A stretch of DNA of 64,000 bases from a bacterium (GCA_016712675.1 JADJQR010000001.1:4077999-4141998); one strand, 5' to 3'. Shown: positions 19,521-29,581, numbered from the stretch's first letter. Notes: generated from the letters alone by a model not told the origin. A program made the numbers and translations.

Positions 19521-21518
19521 GGCCAACTTGCGCACCGCGACACGGGGCCCGACCCGCAGACGTGCGACGTACATGCCGGACGCCACCGCGGCGCCGTTCT
19601 GATCGCGCATGTTCCACTGCACCTCGCAATGGCCACCGGAGCCGGGCACCCGCCTCTGCATCAGACGCTTCCCGGAGATATCGTAGACTTCGAAGATGGG
19701 TTCGGTTGCCACGTCTGCCGGGTAGCTCGCCTGAAGAATCATCTGACCAGCGGCGGTGATGTATTCCAGGCGAACGTTCTCTTCGGCGTCCACCGAATCC
19801 TGGGGAACTGCCGTCGCGGACTGCGTCATTCGCCCCACCAGCCGAAACGGACCGCAACTGCCCGACTCGCCGTCGACCACCAGATAATGCAACCCCGACC
19901 GCTCGAAGACATGGAAGATATCGGTCGGTCCTCGGCTGTCCTCCTGCTGACCGGCACAAGCGACTGCGGCGTTCGCGGCGCATCCTTCCAGCAAGTACAG
20001 GGACGCTCCCCAGTCTGCATCGACGTGAGCGGTCAACGTGTCTCCGGCCGCCGGTCGCAGTTCGTACACCACATCCGGACCGCCCAGATCGGTGCTGCCG
20101 CACCACTCGGCGATGGCGCTACCGTCGCTCAGGTCGTCCGTTGCGTAGCAGTTCACGCCGTCGACATCGAACGAGCCGAAGAGTCGCGACGCGCTCTCGC
20201 AGCGGTCATTAGCAGCCGGACCCGTCGGCTCGTAGGCGCCTAATGCCACCTCGTCGATCATGAAGTCGGCCCCGTCCGCCCCCGTCACGCGGAATGCCAG
20301 CTCGACCGTCGCGCCCGCCCAATCTCCCAGGCCGACCGCTCGTTCACGAAAAATGAACGGGTCAGCCATCGGCTCATCCAGCGAGAGCGACCATAGCGTC
20401 GTCCATTCGACGTCGCCGACATTGCGGACACCCAGTGAAGCGTCCACGGCGTGAGCCCAGATTCGACTTCCGGCCCATTTGAAGCGCACGGCCGACAGAT
20501 CGCCAGAGGGCACGATCGGGGGCGAAATCAACCACGCGTCGGCGGCTTGCGGCGAACCGCCCCCGACCCACGCAGCCGCCACGCCATCACTGGCATGGCC
20601 GGGCAACGTCACGCGCTCCCATGTGGGAGATCCCGCGCCACCGGCCGTCAGCACGCTCCAACCAGCAGGCGGGAATGCGGTCTCCTCGAAGCTCTCGCCA
20701 AGTGCCGACTCGGTGATCGGCGCCTCCCCGGCCTTCGCCACCGACGCAGGATCCGTGTCTATCACGGGGACGCGCACACGCCCGGACAGCGTCGGCTCAA
20801 GGCAATAGGAAATTCCGACAGCAATGCCATCGGCAATGAGGGCCTGGTCGCCATCCGTGCTGATGTTGCGGAACTGGCATTCGTTGGAGATGAAGCAGAC
20901 TTCGACCAGCAGCGCGAGGTTTTTCGTGCGCTTCAACACGGCGAAGTTGCCGGCCTTTGTGCCCCTGTCCGCGCTGCAGAACAGGAACGCCAGATTCGCG
21001 TATGACATCAACGCCGACTGGACCTGGTTCGCCGCGCTTTGGGCTTCAACGGATTCGATCTTCTTCTTGGCGTAGTATCTGGTCGCCGGATACCACGTCT
21101 CCGTTCCTCGTGCTACAGCGTTAGTGGACGAGTTCATATGCACGCTCAGGAGCATCTGTGAGGTGCTTTGCATGCCGAGATCGTTCGGCAACTCGCCGTT
21201 CGCGATCAACGCGCGTTGTCTGGGCGTGAAATACGTGGTGTCGCTGTTCTGGGTTTTCGCCACGATGTAGCCCAAACCCGTCAAGGCGCCGTCCAGATAG
21301 TAGGCCACGCCGGAATTGAGATCCATCTCGTTCGGTGCGGCGGCTCCGTCATGACCAAGAGCCCCCGGATCGTGCCCGCCATGTCCAGGGTCAATCCACA
21401 CGTCGATTTGAGCTGAGGCGCCGTCTATTCCGCAAGTCAGGACGAACCCGGCCAGAGCCAGTGACAGCACGCTCCATCCGGAATGCCGTCGTCTTGATGC
21501 GAACCCATCCGCCCTCAT
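19509..21518 (-). CDS. Secreted N-acetylmuramoyl-L-alanine amidase (Amidase_3) domain protein with a large central domain of unknown function and a C-terminal FlgD-Ig/T9SS-like sorting domain
   Basis: Signal peptide after the Met at 21518. Amidase_3 motifs IDPGHGGHDPGA and ALLVEVCFISNE. C-terminus VYDISGKRLMQRRVPG...WNMRDQNGAAVASGMYVARL. Confidence 0.7.
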   Translation of the reverse strand: MRADGFASRRRHSGWSVLSLALAGFVLTCGIDGASAQIDVWIDPGHGGHDPGALGHDGAAAPNEMDLNSGVAYYLDGALTGLGYIVAKTQNSDTTYFTPRQRALIANGELPNDLGMQSTSQMLLSVHMNSSTNAVARGTETWYPATRYYAKKKIESVEAQSAANQVQSALMSYANLAFLFCSADRGTKAGNFAVLKRTKNLALLVEVCFISNECQFRNISTDGDQALIADGIAVGISYCLEPTLSGRVRVPVIDTDPASVAKAGEAPITESALGESFEETAFPPAGWSVLTAGGAGSPTWERVTLPGHASDGVAAAWVGGGSPQAADAWLISPPIVPSGDLSAVRFKWAGSRIWAHAVDASLGVRNVGDVEWTTLWSLSLDEPMADPFIFRERAVGLGDWAGATVELAFRVTGADGADFMIDEVALGAYEPTGPAANDRCESASRLFGSFDVDGVNCYATDDLSDGSAIAEWCGSTDLGGPDVVYELRPAAGDTLTAHVDADWGASLYLLEGCAANAAVACAGQQEDSRGPTDIFHVFERSGLHYLVVDGESGSCGPFRLVGRMTQSATAVPQDSVDAEENVRLEYITAAGQMILQASYPADVATEPIFEVYDISGKRLMQRRVPGSGGHCEVQWNMRDQNGAAVASGMYVARLRVGPRVAVRKLAILR

Positions 21519-21569
21519 GGTGCCATCCCCCGATTCATGCCGCCGGAGCCTCGCGCGCAATGTTTGAGT

Positions 21570-22433
21570 CTAGTGTCTCTCGCCGTCCGCGTCGGGAGCC
21601 GCGACCTCGCACAGCCTCGCTTCCGGCGAGCCAAAACGCACTCCGTCCCAATGATGCCGACAATAGGTGACGGCGCTGTCCGACACCCAGCGCGGATCTG
21701 ACAGCCCCGCGTGGTTGTCGGCGACGACCCGCCGGGACTTCCGCTCGTCCACGTCGAAGATCCAGATCTCCGAAGCCACCGGCTCTTCAGTGGCAGGGTC
21801 GATCGCGGCGTGTCGCACGAAAGCCAGCAGTTGGCCACGGGGGCTCCAGGCGAGGTCGTAGTCCGCCAGTGCCGCTGACGTGTCGCTGAACGCGACCCGT
21901 CCTTCGGGAACGACGACGATGTTCAGCATGGCGACCGGTCGTCCGTAGGCGGCCCCCGTTACCGCGACCAGCCGGGAGTCCGGCGACCACTCCGTTCGCG
22001 ACGTGCTGGCACCAAGGTTCGATTCGATGATGAGCCGCCGTTCGGCGACATCCACCACGCCGAGATCGCCGAATCGCCGGGCAGACTTCCAGAGGACACA
22101 GGCGAGGTGCGCGCCATCGGGAGACCACCGGGGAAGGGATGCCACGTCGCCGATGAGCGGCTTAGGCGGATCCAGCCGGTCCGTGGCGATCCACAAGCGC
22201 GGTCGCATGTGTTCGTCCGTCCGAACCATGACCACCGTCGAATCGGGGCCCTGGGCGACGTTGGCGTCCCGTGTCCAGCCGTCGTCAACCTCCGCCTCGT
22301 CGCACGACCGGCTCGTGGCGTCCATGACGGGTGCGCGCGAAGGCGATTCCGGTGGCGCGCCCGCACAACCCGTGCTGGAGGCCAGCACGACCATGGCGAT
22401 GACACCGGCAAGCGCGCTGAAGCCAAGAGTCAC
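21570..22433 (-). CDS. Lipoprotein with PD40/WD40-like (TolB-type) beta-propeller repeats
   Basis: Lipobox LASSTGC. Repeated WSPDGAHLA / WSPDSRLVA / WSPRGQLLAF blades. Confidence 0.65.
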   Translation of the reverse strand: MTLGFSALAGVIAMVVLASSTGCAGAPPESPSRAPVMDATSRSCDEAEVDDGWTRDANVAQGPDSTVVMVRTDEHMRPRLWIATDRLDPPKPLIGDVASLPRWSPDGAHLACVLWKSARRFGDLGVVDVAERRLIIESNLGASTSRTEWSPDSRLVAVTGAAYGRPVAMLNIVVVPEGRVAFSDTSAALADYDLAWSPRGQLLAFVRHAAIDPATEEPVASEIWIFDVDERKSRRVVADNHAGLSDPRWVSDSAVTYCRHHWDGVRFGSPEARLCEVAAPDADGERH

Positions 22434-22628
22434 TTCTCGATCATCTTCGCGGATAGGAGTTTCAACCCACCATTCCCATCGCCAAACCCTCGCGAGAGCC
22501 CTCCGACACCTCGTGAGTATCCCGCACCGGAGCCCCGGAAGTCAACCCGCCCGCCCCGCTCCCCCACCCAGGCGCCGATCTCGCCCTACACAGCGCCGAT
22601 TCCGCCCCTTCGCGGACACACGCCCCCA

Positions 22629-24221
22629 TCAACCGCCCTGCTGAGGCTGCGGCCGCGCCGATTCGCCTGGTAGGGGATCACTCCCAGCCGTCCGCCCCCC
22701 GCCCCGCCGTCTGGTCCATCTCCGGCCAGTCGTCGGTCGCAGGCTCTCTGGTCGAACCCGAACTCCAGCTGCGGCGGCGACCGCGCCGGCAGCACCGTCG
22801 GGGGCTGCGTCGGCAGTCGGCCTGCGGCCGACCGGCGGAAGCCGCTTCGGCTCCGATGGCAACCACGCACGTCCGCCGATGACGCCGATGTGCTCGAGGA
22901 TGCGCTCGATCACCGGTCGATCCAGTACGAACGCGAAGATCCGCATCGGCTCACCGCACTTCGGGCACCTCAGGGGAAGGCATTCGTAGATCCGCACCAG
23001 CAGCAGCGCCCAGCAGCGGGCCGCGGCGCGGCGCAGGTTCGCCAGCGGCGACGGCGCATCGGGCTCGACCGGGCTGGCCGCCGGCAACCCCATGCTCGCA
23101 CGCGCCTGCTCGAGAAGCTGCAGCGTCGCTCCCGCCGGCCCGGCCGAGGCCGTCACCGCCTCACGCAGCGCTGCGTTGGGCGCCAGCACGCCGCAGTAGC
23201 GGTGCTTGTGCAGGCGGGGCGGAGTCACCAGCTGGGCCAGCAAGTCCAGCAGCTCGATCGGCGTCAGCAGCAGCTCGTGGCGGCCGTCGGCCGTCGGGCG
23301 GCGCAGGCTGTAGACCAAGGTCTGCTCGTTGAGGCGGCCCAGCCGCTCCTGGCTCAACGGCGGCCGGGCGCAGTACCGCACCAGCCGCTCGAGGCCCTGC
23401 CGGTCCCAGCCCGGTATCGTCACCGAGGCGTCGACCGACCAGCCGCCGGCGTGGTCGCTGCTGTCGAGGACATGAAGGGCGTCGTCATCGAGGTGGCCGT
23501 GGCGGTGCAGCCAGCGCAGGCCGCGCTGGCGCATCTTCGCTTGAACCGCTTCGAAGTCCCCCGGTTCCAGGTCAAGCGCGGGGTGGAACACGGCCGCGCC
23601 GTCATCGCCGGCGCTGAACACGCCGTCGGTCACCAGCACGTGGAAATGGACGTGGCTGTTGAGGTAGCTGCCGAAACGGTGCACGAACGCCACGGCACCG
23701 AAGCGGGCGCCCGGCGGCGCGCCGAGGCTGCGCTGGCGCAGGGTGGTCTCGACGGCGCGCAGGAAGATCGCGAGCAGGCCGCTGATCACCTCGGGCTTAT
23801 TGCGCAGATGCCATCTCACCCGCTTGGGCACCGACAGCACCCACTGGCGGTGCTGCACGCGCGGCAGCACCTGGTCGACCATGTGCGATGAGACTTCCAC
23901 CATGCGCCGCGTCGCGCACGACGGGCACAGGTCGCGGCCCTTGCAGGAGAAGGCGACCAGGAAGTCACGGCGGCAGTTGCCGCAGTATACCCGGGCAAAC
24001 CCGTGGGCCAGGATGCCGCACCTCAGGTAATTGCGCAGGGCGGCCTCGACGTGCAGCGGAGCGCCGCGGCCGTACTCGTCGCGCTCGGCTGCCGTCGCCA
24101 GCCAGGTCTCCAGATGGGTGCGTACCAACTCGTGCAGCAGAGTGGCCGCCGGGCGTCGCGGGCGGTAGGCGCGCGGGGCGGGAACTGTCGCCGGCTGGTG
24201 ACACGTCGCTGCTGCGGGCAC
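22629..24221 (-). CDS. IS91-family transposase (HUH Y2 rolling-circle transposase)
   Basis: N-terminal zinc-binding CGNCRRDFLVAFSCKGRDLCPSC, HUH motif HVHFHVLV, and C-terminal LPLRCPKCGEPMRI, as in IS91/IS801/IS1294 transposases. Confidence 0.85.
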   Translation of the reverse strand: MPAAATCHQPATVPAPRAYRPRRPAATLLHELVRTHLETWLATAAERDEYGRGAPLHVEAALRNYLRCGILAHGFARVYCGNCRRDFLVAFSCKGRDLCPSCATRRMVEVSSHMVDQVLPRVQHRQWVLSVPKRVRWHLRNKPEVISGLLAIFLRAVETTLRQRSLGAPPGARFGAVAFVHRFGSYLNSHVHFHVLVTDGVFSAGDDGAAVFHPALDLEPGDFEAVQAKMRQRGLRWLHRHGHLDDDALHVLDSSDHAGGWSVDASVTIPGWDRQGLERLVRYCARPPLSQERLGRLNEQTLVYSLRRPTADGRHELLLTPIELLDLLAQLVTPPRLHKHRYCGVLAPNAALREAVTASAGPAGATLQLLEQARASMGLPAASPVEPDAPSPLANLRRAAARCWALLLVRIYECLPLRCPKCGEPMRIFAFVLDRPVIERILEHIGVIGGRAWLPSEPKRLPPVGRRPTADAAPDGAAGAVAAAAGVRVRPESLRPTTGRRWTRRRGGGRTAGSDPLPGESARPQPQQGG

Positions 24222-24272
24222 GCGCGCTCCCGGGCGCCTTGCGGCGGCGGGAGGCGGTAGGGCCGGCGGCGG

Positions 24273-24286
24273 TTGCGCCGGCGCAA
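24273..24286. repeat. 14-bp palindrome TTGCGCCGGCGCAA, between the IS91 copy and abiEi
   Basis: Exact match. Extended context GGTTGCGCCGGCGCAAGTTTCGGC resembles the copy at 45797. Confidence 0.8.
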
Positions 24287-24478
24287 GTTTCGGCCATCAC
24301 GGCGGCTGCGTCGGACAAGGCCAAACGGACCGTGCAAGCAACAAGCCACGCACTGTCGACCGGACCCGACCGGCATGGAGCCTGCGCCGAACTCGAGTTC
24401 TCTCTTGCAAGTCTCCCTAAATGTGTCTAAATAGTGAACGAACATATCTAACGTTCGCTATTTAAACACAGGTGAGGC

Positions 24479-25099
24479 ATGAGCAAAGGACCAGAAAAAC
24501 TGAGCCCCAACGAGGCTGCCATCCTCAAACTGGCAGCCTCCCTTGGCATCCTCAGGCCGCGCGACCTGCGCGCGCGCGGGCATTCGGTCGCCTATCTCCA
24601 GCGCCTGCTGGCAAAGGGGCGTCTGGCCAAGCTCGGGCGTGGCCAGTACGCCCTGCCCGATCGTGAACCGACCGCGGACGACACCCTGGCCGTCACGGCC
24701 AACCGGTATCCCGCAACGGTGGTTTGCCTGCTCTCGGCGCTCCGGTTCCACCAGCTGACGACCCAGTCACCCCGCTCGATCTGGCTCGCGGTCGAAGGCT
24801 CGAAACTGGCCCCAGCCAACACCCCGGCTGCGGTCCAGGTCGTCAGGATGACCGGCCCCTCGTTCACGAACGGGATCACGACTCACCTCGTCGGCCAGGT
24901 TCCCGTGCGGATCTACGATCCAGCCAAGACCGTCGCCGACTGCTTCAAGTTCCGCAATCGGGTCGGCCTCGACGTCGCCGTCGAGGCGCTCAGGGACTGC
25001 CTGGCCCAGCGGCGCGCCACGCCCGCCCAGATCTGGAGCTTCGCTGGGATCTGCCGCGTCAAGACCATCATGAGGCCTTATCTGGAGGCCCTCACGTGA
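24479..25099 (+). CDS. abiEi: Type IV toxin-antitoxin system antitoxin, AbiEi family (winged-HTH transcriptional regulator)
   Basis: N-terminal wHTH (AILKLAASLGILRPRDL...LAKLGRGQYALPD) and the AbiEi C-terminal domain. Its stop overlaps the GTG start of a DUF1814 nucleotidyltransferase (GTGA). Confidence 0.8.
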   Translation: MSKGPEKLSPNEAAILKLAASLGILRPRDLRARGHSVAYLQRLLAKGRLAKLGRGQYALPDREPTADDTLAVTANRYPATVVCLLSALRFHQLTTQSPRSIWLAVEGSKLAPANTPAAVQVVRMTGPSFTNGITTHLVGQVPVRIYDPAKTVADCFKFRNRVGLDVAVEALRDCLAQRRATPAQIWSFAGICRVKTIMRPYLEALT

Positions 25100-25971
25100 C
25101 GGCCGAGGACCGCACCCGCCTGCAGAATTCGGTCCGGCAAAGGCTGCTCAACATCGCCCAGAGGGACAACACCGACTTCCAGATGGTGCTGACAAGGTAC
25201 GGACTGGAACGTTTCCTCTACCGGCTGGGGCGATCCCCCCACAGATCCACCTATGTGCTGAAGGGCGCCTTCCTCTTCTACGCCTGGCAACAAGAGGTGG
25301 GTCGTCCGACCCGCGACCTGGATCTGCTCGGCCACGGCTCCCCGGACATCCGCAGGCTGGAAGGCGTCATCGCCGACATCGCTGCCGTGGAAGTCGAAGC
25401 TGACGGTTTGGACTTTCAGCCGGATACGATCCGAGGCGAGGCCATCCGCGAAGCTGCATTGTACGACGGGATCCGGTTCAGGCTCGTCGCCAACCTCGGC
25501 AAGACCCGCATTCCGCTGCAAGTCGATATCGGGTTCGGTGACGCCGCCGGACCCTCGGCCGTCGAGCTGGCATACCCGACGCTGCTCGACCAGGACGCCC
25601 CCAGGATCCTGACCTACCGGCCCGAATTCGTGGTCGCAGAAAAGCTCGAGGCGATGGTCACCCTCGGCGACATCAACACCCGACTCAAGGACTACTACGA
25701 TCTGTGGCGGATCAGCCGTACCATGGCATTGCCGCGTGAACACCTGATCGAGGCGGTGCGGACCACGTTCTCGCGCCGAGACACCGAGATCCCCACTGAG
25801 GTTCCCTCAGGTTTGGCCGACGGATTCGCCGACGCCCCTCGGTCCCGCATGTGGACCGCATTCATTGCCCGGAACGGACTCGACGCGGGAGGTGCATCCC
25901 TCGTGGAAGCGGTACGGGAGCTGCGCTTCCACTATTGGCCGTTGATCAAGGCGGCAGGAATTGCCGAATGA
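25096..25971 (+). CDS. abiEii: Type IV toxin-antitoxin system toxin, AbiEii/AbiGii nucleotidyltransferase (DUF1814)
   Basis: LERFLYRLGRSPHRSTYVLKGAFLFYAWQQEVGRPTRDLDLLG matches the AbiEii N-terminal nucleotidyltransferase motif. GTG start with a 4-bp overlap with abiEi. Confidence 0.8.
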   Translation: MTAEDRTRLQNSVRQRLLNIAQRDNTDFQMVLTRYGLERFLYRLGRSPHRSTYVLKGAFLFYAWQQEVGRPTRDLDLLGHGSPDIRRLEGVIADIAAVEVEADGLDFQPDTIRGEAIREAALYDGIRFRLVANLGKTRIPLQVDIGFGDAAGPSAVELAYPTLLDQDAPRILTYRPEFVVAEKLEAMVTLGDINTRLKDYYDLWRISRTMALPREHLIEAVRTTFSRRDTEIPTEVPSGLADGFADAPRSRMWTAFIARNGLDAGGASLVEAVRELRFHYWPLIKAAGIAE

Positions 25972-26287
25972 GATGGTTGGACCAGAGATTCGTGAGGGAG
26001 TTGCCGTGAACGAGCAGACACGCCACATCCTCGAGGTCAAGCGCGCGCAGCCTGGAGTTGAGCAGGACCATGTTGCGCCGGCCTGCATCGCACCGCGGCG
26101 GTGGCACGAAGTCCGCCTGATCCGTCCGGGACTTGCAACGGGCAAGGGAGTCGGCTCCGTGACGGCGCTGCCGGCGCGGGCCGCTGCCCCGCGACGATGC
26201 CAAAACATACACATACAATAGCCTTGACGAGTTCATAATATACCTATATTTTATTCAAACAAGAAACGCCCAGGAGCGGAGGAAATC

Positions 26288-27679
26288 TTGCAACGCCATG
26301 CCATGAAAAGACTTAACTCATGGCTTGAGACAGTGAACCGAAAGCCCTTGCTCATTCGCGGTGCGCGCCAAGTGGGCAAGTCCACGCTCGTCCGCCTCTT
26401 CGCCCAGCGTACGGGTCGGGACCTCTACGAAGTCGATCTCGAGCGGTACCCGGAACTCGAAGCCGTCTTCGCATCGCGGGACACGTCGCGGATCATGTCG
26501 GAACTGGAATACCTGATCGACAAGGGTCCCCTCAAAGGCCATGCGTCCATGCTCTTCCTGGACGAGATCCAGGCCGCACCCTCCGCCGTTGCGGCTCTCC
26601 GCTCCCTGCACGAAGACCGACCCGACCTGCCGGTCATCGCCGCCGGTTCGCTGCTCGAGTTCGTCCTGGCGGACCACGCCTTCTCCATGCCCGTGGGTCG
26701 CATCGAGTACCTGTTTCTGGAGCCCATGGGATTCGAGGAATTCCTCGAGGCGCTCGACGAGATGTCGCTGCTGGAACTGCTGCGCACGCACCGGTTCGGC
26801 GATGACTTTCCGGGGACTGCCCACAGGCGGCTGCTGGGGCGGCTTCGCGACTACATGCTGGTCGGCGGGATGCCGGAACCCGTACGTGTCTTTGCCGAGA
26901 CGGGTTCATTCGCGGCCACGGGCTCGGTCCACGCTTCGATCCTCGAGACCTATCGCGACGACTTCGCCAAGTACGGCTCGCGCTCCGAGATCGCCCAGTT
27001 GCGCCGCATCTACGGTTTCGTCCCCGGAGCCGTCGGCGAGAAGTTCAAGTATTCCCGCGTGGACTCGGACGCCAGGTCGCGCGACGTCAAGCGGGCCCTC
27101 GAGCTGCTGGTGATGGCGCGGGTCGTCCGCCGCGTGACGCACACCGATGCGACCGGCCTCCCCCTTGGCGCGAACCTCAAGGAGTCGGCCTTCAAGACCT
27201 ACTTCCTGGACGTCGGCCTCATGAATGCCGCCTGCGGCATCGACCGCTTGACGCCAGAGCAGGTGGCCGGGGCGCGCTTCGTCAACGAAGGCGCCATGGC
27301 CGAGCAGTACATCGCCCAGCACCTGCCCCTGCTCGCGCCCGACGACCGCGCCTACACGCCCACCTACTGGCTGCGGGAGGGCCGCACCAACAACGCCGAG
27401 GTTGACTTCGTGCATCAACTCGGCCCAGATGTCGCGCCCATCGAGGTGAAGGCCGGCAAGAGCGGATCGCTGAAGTCGCTTCTGGAACTGGTGTCGGCGC
27501 GGAGCTATGATCGGGCCCTGCGCTTCGACACGAATCCCCCGCACCTTCAGCGCGTTTCACACGCGCGGTCACACGGCGACGAAGTGGTCGAGTTCACGCT
27601 GCTGTCATTGCCCCTCTATATGGTCGAGCAGGCCCCCCGGCTCTGGAGGGATCCCGGAGACGGCGCAAGTGCGCCATGA
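26288..27679 (+). CDS. AAA+ ATPase, DUF4143/AAA_14 family (second paralogue)
   Basis: Walker A GARQVGKST, Walker B LFLDEIQ, and a DUF4143-like C-terminal region. The start may be the internal Met at 26303. An AT-rich promoter island lies upstream. Confidence 0.8.
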   Translation: MQRHAMKRLNSWLETVNRKPLLIRGARQVGKSTLVRLFAQRTGRDLYEVDLERYPELEAVFASRDTSRIMSELEYLIDKGPLKGHASMLFLDEIQAAPSAVAALRSLHEDRPDLPVIAAGSLLEFVLADHAFSMPVGRIEYLFLEPMGFEEFLEALDEMSLLELLRTHRFGDDFPGTAHRRLLGRLRDYMLVGGMPEPVRVFAETGSFAATGSVHASILETYRDDFAKYGSRSEIAQLRRIYGFVPGAVGEKFKYSRVDSDARSRDVKRALELLVMARVVRRVTHTDATGLPLGANLKESAFKTYFLDVGLMNAACGIDRLTPEQVAGARFVNEGAMAEQYIAQHLPLLAPDDRAYTPTYWLREGRTNNAEVDFVHQLGPDVAPIEVKAGKSGSLKSLLELVSARSYDRALRFDTNPPHLQRVSHARSHGDEVVEFTLLSLPLYMVEQAPRLWRDPGDGASAP

Positions 27680-27787
27680 GCCTTGCGCCTGGCGCATTTC
27701 TGTAGGCACAGGTTCGCCAAGGGCATAGCCTGACGATGAACGTGGTACGATCAACGGTGGAAGCACAGGCCCAGGGAGGCGCCGATC

Positions 27788-28831
27788 GTGAGCGAGAAGA
27801 TCTTCATCGGCACCGACAGCGGCGCCACCACCACCAAGTTCTGCGCCGTCTACGAGAACGGCGAGACGGTGTCCACGCGGGTGCTGCAGAGGCCCACGAA
27901 TGCGCAGGACGGCCGCGAGGCGGTCATCGGCGGCTGGATCGCGGGCATCGGCGAGTTCCTCGCGCAGAACGGCCTGCAGTGGACGCAGGTTCACGGCGTG
28001 GGGCTGGCGATCCCGGGGCCCTACGAGCGCTACGGCGTCTGGGGGAAGTCGCCCAACCTCCCCGCCCACTTCTGCGGCTGGGATGTGCACCAGGATTTCA
28101 GCGAGGCGCTGGCCGGCCCGATCGGCCGCCACGTCCCGCTCTCGGTCGGCAATGACGGCAACTACGGCGGCGTGGCCGAGGCGCAGCTGGCGCGCGGCCG
28201 GACGCGCGCCTCGGTGGCGATGCTCATGCCCGGCTCGGGGCTCGGGGCGGCGTTCGTCGGCGCCGATGGGCTCTGTCTGGACGGCGACACGCTGGCCGGC
28301 ATGGAAGCCGGCCACATGCCCGTGCCGCTGCAGCTGCTGGAACTGACCGGCAAGCCGCTGGCCTGCGGCTGCGGCCGCGACTGGGGCTGCGTCGAGGCCT
28401 ACACCACCATCTCCGGCCTGGGCCAGCTGCTGGCGATCTTTCTTCAGCGCCACCCGGAGCATGAACTCGCCGGGTCGGCGGCCCCGCTCAAGGACCAGGT
28501 GCTTTCGCTACGCAGCCGCGCGCAGGAGGGCGACGCGCTGGCGCTGGAGATCTTCGACTTCCAGGCCCGGGTGATGGGCCTTCATGTGGCCAACCTGGCC
28601 ATGGCGCTGGATCCGGGCATCTTCATCATCGGCGGCGGGCTGATGGACCACGAGGCGACGACGCCGGCGTTCCGGGAGCGGTACCTGGACCTCATCGAGC
28701 AGTCGGCCCGGCCCTATCTCTGGCCGCAGCAGCGCGAGACGCTGAAGATCGTGCCGGCGGCGCTGGGCGAGATGTCGCAGGCGATCGGCGCGGCTTTGGT
28801 GGCGTTGTATCGCAGTGGGACGATGGCGTGA
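27788..28831 (+). CDS. ROK-family sugar kinase (glucokinase / N-acetylglucosamine kinase-like)
   Basis: N-terminal IFIGTDSGATTTKF, ROK zinc motif H-x(n)-CGCGRDWGCVEAY, and C-terminal GGG. Confidence 0.8.
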   Translation: MSEKIFIGTDSGATTTKFCAVYENGETVSTRVLQRPTNAQDGREAVIGGWIAGIGEFLAQNGLQWTQVHGVGLAIPGPYERYGVWGKSPNLPAHFCGWDVHQDFSEALAGPIGRHVPLSVGNDGNYGGVAEAQLARGRTRASVAMLMPGSGLGAAFVGADGLCLDGDTLAGMEAGHMPVPLQLLELTGKPLACGCGRDWGCVEAYTTISGLGQLLAIFLQRHPEHELAGSAAPLKDQVLSLRSRAQEGDALALEIFDFQARVMGLHVANLAMALDPGIFIIGGGLMDHEATTPAFRERYLDLIEQSARPYLWPQQRETLKIVPAALGEMSQAIGAALVALYRSGTMA

Positions 28832-28996
28832 GCTTGCTGGGACGGGAAGACGGCTCGGCCCGCGATTACGGCAGTTGCTGATGCTGATTGTGAATTGAAT
28901 CCCCAATCAGCAAATTGCGCCACATTACGTTGATATCAAACGAGATATCACGTGCGCGATTGCTGATCGACGCCTTTCTGCCACCCCGCCGACCAC

Positions 28997-29010
28997 TTGC
29001 GCCGGCGCAA
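28997..29010. repeat. 14-bp palindrome TTGCGCCGGCGCAA, between the ROK kinase gene and bfr
   Basis: Exact match. Confidence 0.8.
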
Positions 29011-29083
29011 GTCCCCCGCCCCGCCGCACCCGGCCGCCCTTGTGGCCTGCCGGGCGCGGCCGTCGTTCCGCCTGGACGTGCGC

Positions 29084-29581
29084 TCACTCGCCCGGCTGCT
29101 GCGCCCCGCGCGTCTTCGCGCGCTCGATGCTCTGCAGGGCCAGGTAGTCCTTGCCGAAGCGGGCCAGGTTGCCCAGCTCGGTGTCGTACTGGTCGAAGTG
29201 GCGCTCCTCGTCGGCCACCAGCTCCTCGAACAGCTTCTTGCTCTGGCTGTCTGCGTTCTGGGCGCACTCGACGGCCATGCGGTTGTAGTCGCGGGCGCTC
29301 TGCTCCTCCATGCCGGCGGCCAGCTCGAGCATGCGCTTGACATCCGTCTCGTTGGCGACCGCGGCGCTGGCGACCATCACCACGTCGCCCTTGAGGAAGA
29401 GGATGCGCTCGGCCAGCCGCTCGATGTGCATCATCTCCTCGATGGCCGTGCGCCGGAACAGGTTGGCCAGCAGGTCGAAGCCCTGGTCGTCGCAGTGGAA
29501 GTGCCAGTACATGTACTGGTGGACGGCGGACAGCTCGTCGGCGACCGCCTGGTTCAGCAGGGTCACGCTCTTCTCGTGCAT
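29084..29581 (-). CDS. bfr: Bacterioferritin
   Basis: MHEKSVTLLNQAVADELSAVHQYMYWHFHCDD...EEMMHIERLAERILFLKG carries the ferroxidase-centre residues and Met haem ligand context. A GGGAGG ribosome-binding site lies before the ATG. Confidence 0.85.
   Translation of the reverse strand: MHEKSVTLLNQAVADELSAVHQYMYWHFHCDDQGFDLLANLFRRTAIEEMMHIERLAERILFLKGDVVMVASAAVANETDVKRMLELAAGMEEQSARDYNRMAVECAQNADSQSKKLFEELVADEERHFDQYDTELGNLARFGKDYLALQSIERAKTRGAQQPGE

Larger units (their letters stand above)
22440..24330 (-). mobile_element. IS91-family (rolling-circle, HUH-Y2) insertion sequence, complete copy; boundaries approximate
   Basis: Full-length transposase gene plus about 190 bp of conserved end sequence that is shared with the truncated copies at 8690-9812 and 14748-15165. 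Confidence 0.7.

Noticed and set aside
25961-26290. Small ORFs (86 and 135 aa) between abiEii and the second DUF4143 ATPase
   Set aside because: There are no domains and no ribosome-binding site. The region looks like a promoter or intergenic spacer for the ATPase.
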